From an uncultured Pseudomonadota bacterium (lineage in GTDB: Bacteria; SAR324; NAC60-12), in contig CAJWCD010000098.1 in assembly GCA_913020725.1 (NCBI GenBank), positions 1 through 14,007 on the forward strand: 14,007 bases of DNA, given 5' to 3'. The notes under the pieces are model-generated. The model saw only the letters and a list, made by a program, of their open reading frames with translations. It did not search any database and had not been told where the DNA came from. Below, piece by piece: positions 8,676 to 14,007 of this stretch. The stretch's first letter is position 1. Every line of letters begins with the position of its first letter. The translations under genes were made by a program, and so were the position numbers.

Positions 8676-8702
8676 TAAAGAAATCCGCGAATCTGCCGAT
8701 AG
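8676..8702 (+). promoter_or_regulatory. Sigma-28 (FliA) promoter of the flagellin gene
   Basis: TAAA (8676-8679) - 15 nt - GCCGATAG (8695-8702) versus consensus TAAA-N15-GCCGATAA, 36 nt upstream of ATG 8739. Confidence 0.85.
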
Positions 8703-8738
8703 CAAGCCTGAAGGTTAATCTCGCTGCCATCGGAAGCC

Positions 8739-10337
8739 ATGCGGATCCAAAACAACATCGCCGCCCTCAACACGCTGAGGCACAGTGCCAACCATCAGGC
8801 GCGTGTGGGCGAATCTATTCGAAAACTCAGCTCTGGACGCGAATTGAATCGCAGTTCGGACGCCCCGAACCTTTTGCTCGGTGTGGCTCAACTCCGGAGC
8901 CAGGTTGTTGGACTCAAGCAGACGAAGGAGAACGTGGAGACTTCGGTCTCCCTGCTCCAGATTGCAGAAAGCGGGTTGGGCGAGGTCTCCAAAATCCTCA
9001 CCGAGATTCGCCAGCGAGTCGTCCATGCCGCCAACGAGGCGGTCAACGACGAGTCCATGCTCAACGCCGATCAGATGGAGATCGAGCATCTGCTCAAGGC
9101 ACTCGACCAGATCGCCCAAAACACCACCTACACCGAGCAACGGCTGCTGGACGGCAGCATGGGGATCAACGGGGTGGCGGTTGGAGAATCCGCTCTGGAT
9201 TTCGTCAGTGCCGAAGCCGAAACTCCAGCCTCTCCGGAGAAGGGCTATCAAGTGGACATCACACGGGTGTCCACTCGCGCTCGTGTTGAAGGCTACAAAC
9301 CCCTCACGCTTGCCAGTGCCAGCGATGGAGTGGAGATCGTCGTTTCCTTTGATGACCGCACCTTCCTTTTCAACACCGACGACCATGAACTCGGGAAGGA
9401 GATCCAAGACCTTCGTGCCAAGCATGACCGCGACCCAGCCAACTACCCCAAGGCACAGGTCGATCAGGAAGTCCGCGACCTTCTGGTCTATCACGTCAGC
9501 CGGGCACTCCAGCGGGACAATCTCCCGATGGAGTTCTTTGAGCGTCCGGACCACATTTTCGTTTTCCGGCACAATAATTTTGGGGATGATGTCTTCTTCA
9601 CCGCATCTAGCAACATTGACGGACTTCTGACCCGCAAGGCCCATGAGCCAGAGAATGCCATTCTCGGCAAAGATGTGGAAGGAACGATTGGAGAGGCTTC
9701 GGCGCTTGGCATCGGGCAGGAACTCACGGCGCGGGAAGGACTTCCAGGCAGCCAGCTCACCGTGCGCTACGGCAAGACGGTGGATTATGTGGAGCAGCCG
9801 ATTCTCAACGAGCAGGGCGAGCAGATCGGCGCCACTTATGTGCTGGATTCCCCCTCAAAATCGGTGGCTGAAAAAGTGGAGGGCTTCGTTCACCTCTCGC
9901 AGCAGTCCAAGCGTTTTCACTTAGACAGCAACGAGCATGTTTACGAACCCTTCGCCTTTATGAATGTGCGGGCCAGCAAGCTCGCCCGTCACCTTCCAAA
10001 TGAGAGCGGTTTCGCCAGCCTTGCCGATATTGACGTCGCCACTCCACAGGGGGTCTCGGACGCAAACCTGCTCTTGGAGCAGGCCATTGAAGACGTCTCG
10101 CAGATTCGCATGGAACTGGGATCTTTTCAGAAGCACACCATCGAACGCACGATGAGCAATCTGGGAGTCGCAGTGGAGAACATCACGGAAGGGCAGTCGG
10201 CCATTGAAGACGCTGACATGGCCGCGAAGATCTCCGACATGGCTTCTGGGCAAATCCTCGCAGCCTCCAGCCAAGCGGTGCTGGCTCATGCGAATCAAAA
10301 GCCCCAAGCGGTGTTGAACCTCCTCCACTCCTCCTGA
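8739..10337 (+). CDS. fliC: Flagellin (divergent FliC-family protein with a large central variable region)
   Basis: N-terminal flagellin domain (MRIQNNIAALN...KLSSG...QIAESGL.EV..IL...NTTY...LLDGS) and C-terminal domain (R.ELGSFQ...EN.....SAIEDADMA...QIL......LAHANQ.PQ.VL.LL); sigma-28 promoter upstream. Confidence 0.9.
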   Translation: MRIQNNIAALNTLRHSANHQARVGESIRKLSSGRELNRSSDAPNLLLGVAQLRSQVVGLKQTKENVETSVSLLQIAESGLGEVSKILTEIRQRVVHAANEAVNDESMLNADQMEIEHLLKALDQIAQNTTYTEQRLLDGSMGINGVAVGESALDFVSAEAETPASPEKGYQVDITRVSTRARVEGYKPLTLASASDGVEIVVSFDDRTFLFNTDDHELGKEIQDLRAKHDRDPANYPKAQVDQEVRDLLVYHVSRALQRDNLPMEFFERPDHIFVFRHNNFGDDVFFTASSNIDGLLTRKAHEPENAILGKDVEGTIGEASALGIGQELTAREGLPGSQLTVRYGKTVDYVEQPILNEQGEQIGATYVLDSPSKSVAEKVEGFVHLSQQSKRFHLDSNEHVYEPFAFMNVRASKLARHLPNESGFASLADIDVATPQGVSDANLLLEQAIEDVSQIRMELGSFQKHTIERTMSNLGVAVENITEGQSAIEDADMAAKISDMASGQILAASSQAVLAHANQKPQAVLNLLHSS

Positions 10338-10343
10338 TTTCAG

Positions 10344-11417
10344 TTAGGAATTCCTTTTCAGTTTTGCCTTCCGGGCCTGAGCTTCCTTCCGGATGCGGAT
10401 GCGGTTCTTCCGGACCTTCTGGTAGTACCAAACATTTTTGTTGTGTTGCTTGAGGGTGTTGGAGAACTCGCTGGCCCCATCCCCGCGAGCGACAAAGTAG
10501 AGGTAGTTCACGTTTTCAGGATAAAGGGTGTTGTGCAGCGAATCCTTGCCCGGACTGCAAATCGGAGTGGGAGGCAGTCCGCGTTGGGTGTAAGTGTTGT
10601 ACGGGGTTGGGGTGCGCAGGTGCTTGCGGGTGAGGTTGCCGTTGAATTCTGGAATTCCGTAAATCACGGTCGGATCACTTCCGAGCAGCATGCGCTTGCG
10701 CAGGCGATTGTGAAAGACGGCGGCGATCTTGCCGCGATCTTCCGCCCTGCCGGTTTCTTTTTCCACAATCGAAGCGAGGGTCAAGACCTGATACTCGCTC
10801 AACCCTAGTTCTTCCGCACGCGCCCGGAGTTCCGGGGTGAAGGTGTGGCGATACTGCGAGATCATTGTCGCCAGAATCTGGCGGGGGCGCTCCACCCGCG
10901 AAAAGAAATAAGTTTCTGGATACAAAAACCCTTCCAGAGTCTTGGCTTCTGCAAGGCCCGTGCGGGCCAGCAGCTTTGGGTCTTCCAGTAGCGCAAGGTA
11001 GGTTTCCTGCCCCCCCAAGCCTTTTGCCGCCAATCGTCTGGTAATTTGCCGGAAATTCAGCCCCTCCGGAATGGTCACGCGATGCCGGATGCCCTTGCCC
11101 CGAATCAAGTGTCCCAGCACCTCCCACGTTGTCCAGTCCCGCGAAACCAGAAACTCCCCGGCCTTGATGCGCCTCGGTGCTTCCAACCAGCGGGCAGTCC
11201 AGTCGTAGATTCTTGGATGCGCAAGCATCTGCTGTTGCCGAAGCTGCTGCGTGACCTGTGAGAAGGTCATGCCGCTGGGAATGAACAGCCGCACCTCACC
11301 CGTGGTGCCTAGCCTGCTCATTGGCTGGAAAAGCAGGTACACGACATAGCCGCTCCCGGCGGACACCAACAAAAAACCAGCCAGCACAGCGCCAAGGATC
11401 AGGCGTTTCATGTTCAT
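10344..11417 (-). CDS. mltG: Endolytic peptidoglycan transglycosylase MltG (YceG family)
   Basis: N-terminal TM helix, VTIPEG, LEGFLYPETY, LASIVEKET (catalytic Glu), SDPTVIYG, PYNTY...GLPPTPI.SPG, YLYFVA. ATG 11417 has SD AAGGGGAG 5 nt upstream and an ATGA overlap with the upstream gene. Confidence 0.96.
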   Translation of the reverse strand: MNMKRLILGAVLAGFLLVSAGSGYVVYLLFQPMSRLGTTGEVRLFIPSGMTFSQVTQQLRQQQMLAHPRIYDWTARWLEAPRRIKAGEFLVSRDWTTWEVLGHLIRGKGIRHRVTIPEGLNFRQITRRLAAKGLGGQETYLALLEDPKLLARTGLAEAKTLEGFLYPETYFFSRVERPRQILATMISQYRHTFTPELRARAEELGLSEYQVLTLASIVEKETGRAEDRGKIAAVFHNRLRKRMLLGSDPTVIYGIPEFNGNLTRKHLRTPTPYNTYTQRGLPPTPICSPGKDSLHNTLYPENVNYLYFVARGDGASEFSNTLKQHNKNVWYYQKVRKNRIRIRKEAQARKAKLKRNS

Positions 11418-12307
11418 GCGCACTCCCCTTTTTTGGTCAGGGGTTGTGCAACCGTGCCCTCAATTTTCAGACTCACGGTGGTTCCACATTGAAAACCGCG
11501 TAGCAGCAAGGCCACCGACCCCAATTGTTGACGGAGTTTTGGGTTCAAGTTCAGCTTCACGCGCAAGTTCAAGAGTGAGTTTTGCGGACGGTCGGGGTTG
11601 AGGCGCACCCATCCGCTCAGAGTTCCAGTGAGCATTCCTTTGAACTGGACATCGGCAGTGAGATTGGAGCCAATTGTGCCTTTGAAGCCCACCTCGTCCA
11701 ACGTCAGTTCCGGGAGGGCGACTCCTAGTTGTTCCAGTGTTGCGGCCTTGAACTGAATCCGGACATCTCGCAAACTGCCAGAAAAATCCCCCTGCGGAAT
11801 TTGGGGCGGGGTTTGTTGCCACAGCAACGGTTCCACGAGGTTCCCCTCAAAGCTCAAAGTGCCCGCCACCGTGCCCCACGGGGCCACCGCACTCAACGGC
11901 ATACGCCCAAGCTCCACTCCGGACATCTGCAAATCTACGACGCTGCCGTCCAGCTTTGCCGATGCCTGCACTTCCCCACCATGCGAGCGCAAGGACACTT
12001 GGACTTGCTGGGAAACGAGCAGGGGCCAGTACGGCAATTCCAGCGACTCCAGCACCGCCAGGCGCATCGAGGGTGCCTCTAACCACACAGGAGGAGTCCG
12101 GAAGGCCAATTCCGGAACGGTGATCCGACTCCAGCCGAGCTGGATGCCGCTGATTTCGACAGGGATTCCGGCCTGAGCTTGCAGGTGCCGGGCAAGTGTC
12201 TCGGCAAGCTGACGTTCCGGAAAACCGACCCCCAGTCCGATCAAGCCAGCTAGCGCCACGCCAAGCGTGCCGACCAAGCCAAAGAGGATGCGAAGACTCC
12301 AGCGCAC
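11414..12307 (-). CDS. Type II secretion protein GspN-like (N-terminal membrane anchor, beta-rich periplasmic domain)
   Basis: GTG 12307 (MRWSLRILFG...) lies 4 nt after the gspM-like stop. Single N-terminal TM followed by FP, an alternating beta-strand-rich body and C-terminal L.IEGTVAQP. Family assignment is by pattern and position, not by search. Confidence 0.6.
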   Translation of the reverse strand: MRWSLRILFGLVGTLGVALAGLIGLGVGFPERQLAETLARHLQAQAGIPVEISGIQLGWSRITVPELAFRTPPVWLEAPSMRLAVLESLELPYWPLLVSQQVQVSLRSHGGEVQASAKLDGSVVDLQMSGVELGRMPLSAVAPWGTVAGTLSFEGNLVEPLLWQQTPPQIPQGDFSGSLRDVRIQFKAATLEQLGVALPELTLDEVGFKGTIGSNLTADVQFKGMLTGTLSGWVRLNPDRPQNSLLNLRVKLNLNPKLRQQLGSVALLLRGFQCGTTVSLKIEGTVAQPLTKKGECA

Positions 12308-12311
12308 GGAC

Positions 12312-12797
12312 TCAGCTTTGCTGTTGCTTGAGAACTTGGAAGGACACCCGCACAAGGCGCGATCCAGGACTCACGGCGAGGTCAAGCTGGGAGAGCCGCA
12401 AGACGGGCTGGTGATGCTCCAGCCGATACAGCACATCGAGCAGTTGGTCGAGCTTGAGCTGATCGAGCCGCACCTGCACCCCCTCCATGCCCTCCGGGAC
12501 CGACGAGAGGGTGTTGAGTTGTAACTGCTCCTGCACCCGCAGCGCACGTGCCACCTCCTCCACAAAGGAACTGAGTGGCTTGCCCATCACCGGAGCTGTG
12601 GGTTGTTGTTGTACCCGGTTCCACTCTGCCACCAGCGCCTCCAATTCCCGGAGCTGCTGCTGTGTTTGCGCAAGCTGACGCTCCAACTGCTGGGTTTGAC
12701 CCTGCCATCCGGACAATCCCCAGCCCACACCAAGGCCTACGATCACAAGAGTCAAAACGCCAATCAGCAGTTGTTCTCGCAAAGTCAGGAAGCGCAT
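12312..12797 (-). CDS. Type II secretion protein GspM / PilO-like inner-membrane protein
   Basis: ATG 12797, 161 aa. LTLRE followed by a TM helix, a Q/L-rich coiled coil, then a ferredoxin-like domain pattern (V.VRLDQL.LDQLL..LY.LE....L.L..L.L). Confidence 0.75.
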   Translation of the reverse strand: MRFLTLREQLLIGVLTLVIVGLGVGWGLSGWQGQTQQLERQLAQTQQQLRELEALVAEWNRVQQQPTAPVMGKPLSSFVEEVARALRVQEQLQLNTLSSVPEGMEGVQVRLDQLKLDQLLDVLYRLEHHQPVLRLSQLDLAVSPGSRLVRVSFQVLKQQQS

Positions 12798-12828
12798 TTG
12801 TGAAACACCAGCAAAAGAAATCCGCAAA

Positions 12829-13203
12829 GGGGTCAGGATGCCCCAAGCTCGCCGTCCTTGCAAGCCGTTCCGGTCGTGGTCCCGTGTGACGGGTGCAAGT
12901 AAAAGTGAGACTTTTGGTGAAAGTGACTGGACAAGGGCCAAGCTCGGATTCAACTCGTAAGCACACCTCGTAGCCCCCTGTCAGTGGTTTCAGACGTGAA
13001 TAGAACCCGCCTCCGTCCCAAAAACGACTCTAAATCTCAGAATTGCGCCACCACCGTTGGATTGAGAGCTTGGACGTGGGTGCGCCCAAACGGGTTCCGT
13101 TGGCTCCAACCCACAGGGGTAAGGGGTCTTTACCAATTGCTCAAAAGAGTACCATGATTCTTGCCCAAGTGCCCCCGGATTCTCGGGGATTGGACTTTTT
13201 TTT
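12829..13203 (+). ncRNA. Candidate structured non-coding RNA or long leader (family not recognised)
   Basis: No credible CDS between 12798 and 13312. Multiple nested helices found by eye (see findings), several needing G-U pairs on the + strand, ending in a hairpin plus T8. Confidence 0.4.
13165..13203 (+). terminator. Possible intrinsic terminator
   Basis: CCCCGG-ATTC-TCGGGG (13173-13188), extendable by CCAA/TTGG (13165-13168/13190-13193), then AC and T8 (13196-13203). The stem is imperfect near the U-tract. Confidence 0.45.
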
Positions 13204-13312
13204 CTGCATTCCACCTTCGGGAGGTATTCTTGCATTTCGCAGACGACGGCCCTTGCCCTTGACTCTGAGTTCAACTTTGCATGTAAGACTTTCAGCAACG
13301 AACCCACCCATT

Positions 13313-13999
13313 ATGCTAACCAACTCACCCCGCCGCTGGGGGTTGCAGCTGACCGCCCTTGCCCTCGTCATCCTCTTGCTGATTCCTAGTGCTGCTCTGG
13401 CCATCAAGTTGCGGGTGTTAGGCAACGCCAGCGCCATCTTCGACGACTTCGACAAGCCCAAAATCAGCACCGACTTCCGCAACTACACCAACAGCAGCGG
13501 CACGGTGGACTCTTCGCAGTCCAACTACTTCGGCTCCACCATTGCCTCCCAATCCACTCAGATCAACCGACTCGCCTCCTACCATCTCGTCTTTGGGAAC
13601 ACCATCGGTGTGGGCTACACCGAATTGCCGATGGAACACACGTTCACGCTGGCCAACGGGAACAGCTACGTCCGGGACCTGCGGATCAACGAGATCGACC
13701 TCACTCTCGTCATGGGGTCCGAGAAGGGCAGTTTGACCATTGGCAAGGGCTTCCTCTATGGCACCTCCGCGAAGGGCGATTCCCTGATCGTGCTGCTGGG
13801 CTACACCCCGGATGAGGCCAAGCAGTTCAATCAGGCCATCGGCTTCCTGCCCAAGCTGGCCACGCTGGAAGTACTGCTGGGCTACCGCGACGGCAAATAC
13901 AAAATGAACGAAACCGCACAGGACTTCGGGAAAACCGGAATCGAACAGTGGAAAACCGACTACAAGGTCTTCGTCTTTGGACTCGGAGCTAGGTTTTAA
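13313..13999 (+). CDS. Hypothetical exported protein, probable outer-membrane beta-barrel
   Basis: ATG 13313 (228 aa). Sec signal peptide (RR, hydrophobic core, AALA cleavage site), amphipathic beta segments, and C-terminal YKVFVFGLGARF ending in Phe like a BamA beta-signal. Confidence 0.65.
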   Translation: MLTNSPRRWGLQLTALALVILLLIPSAALAIKLRVLGNASAIFDDFDKPKISTDFRNYTNSSGTVDSSQSNYFGSTIASQSTQINRLASYHLVFGNTIGVGYTELPMEHTFTLANGNSYVRDLRINEIDLTLVMGSEKGSLTIGKGFLYGTSAKGDSLIVLLGYTPDEAKQFNQAIGFLPKLATLEVLLGYRDGKYKMNETAQDFGKTGIEQWKTDYKVFVFGLGARF

Positions 14000-14007
14000 G
14001 TTTGAGA

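Noticed and set aside
9380..9400. Proteolytic flagellin (flagellinolysin) zinc motif
   Set aside because: The sequence is HELGK, not HExxH, and there is no HExxH in the central region.
8456..9644. Long alternative ORFs 8456-9289 (+), 8881-9630 (+) and 8715-9644 (-)
   Set aside because: Off-frame or antisense to flagellin, with composition typical of GC-rich shadow frames.
12876..13095. Group II intron remnant (GTGCGCCC near 13080; CCCG..GGGTGCA..GTGAGA resembles a IIC 5' end) or hammerhead ribozyme
   Set aside because: No recognisable domain V, no reverse transcriptase ORF and no CUGANGA core; the similarities are too short.
12829..13203. tmRNA, RNase P RNA or SRP RNA (size fits; fragments GGATTCAAC and TAGAACCCG resemble them)
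   Set aside because: No T-arm/CCA acceptor end for tmRNA, no GAGGAAAGUCC and no complete AGAACCCGGCUUA for RNase P, and no SRP helix-8 motif on either strand.
12990..13312. ORF 12990-13307 (-) and the N-terminal extension 13043-13312 of the last gene
   Set aside because: No protein-like features; they cross the structured region, and the signal peptide places the real start at 13313.

Overview
GC-rich bacterial chromosomal region with no transposase, integrase, CRISPR array, tRNA or rRNA visible. The gene content suggests a Gram-negative, possibly deltaproteobacterial/SAR324-like organism; this is inference only. From left to right: (-) a RelA/SpoT homologue running off the left edge, missed by the ORF track, with an apparently degenerate hydrolase domain and an ATGA overlap with a NUDT5/NudF-like Nudix hydrolase; (+) O-antigen-ligase-like membrane protein, PIG3-family quinone oxidoreductase and moaB; (-) PaaI thioesterase; (+) M14/AstE-family deacylase, an archaeal-type XPB helicase overlapping a DUF790/Bax1 nuclease, and a divergent flagellin with a near-consensus sigma-28 promoter; (-) a gspM-like / gspN-like / mltG operon; a ~515-nt intergenic region rich in base-paired structure (candidate ncRNA or leader); (+) a predicted outer-membrane beta-barrel. 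The best novelty candidates are the Nudix plus hydrolase-degenerate RSH pair, the structured intergenic RNA, the bacterial XPB-Bax1 module and the isolated gspMN-mltG unit.
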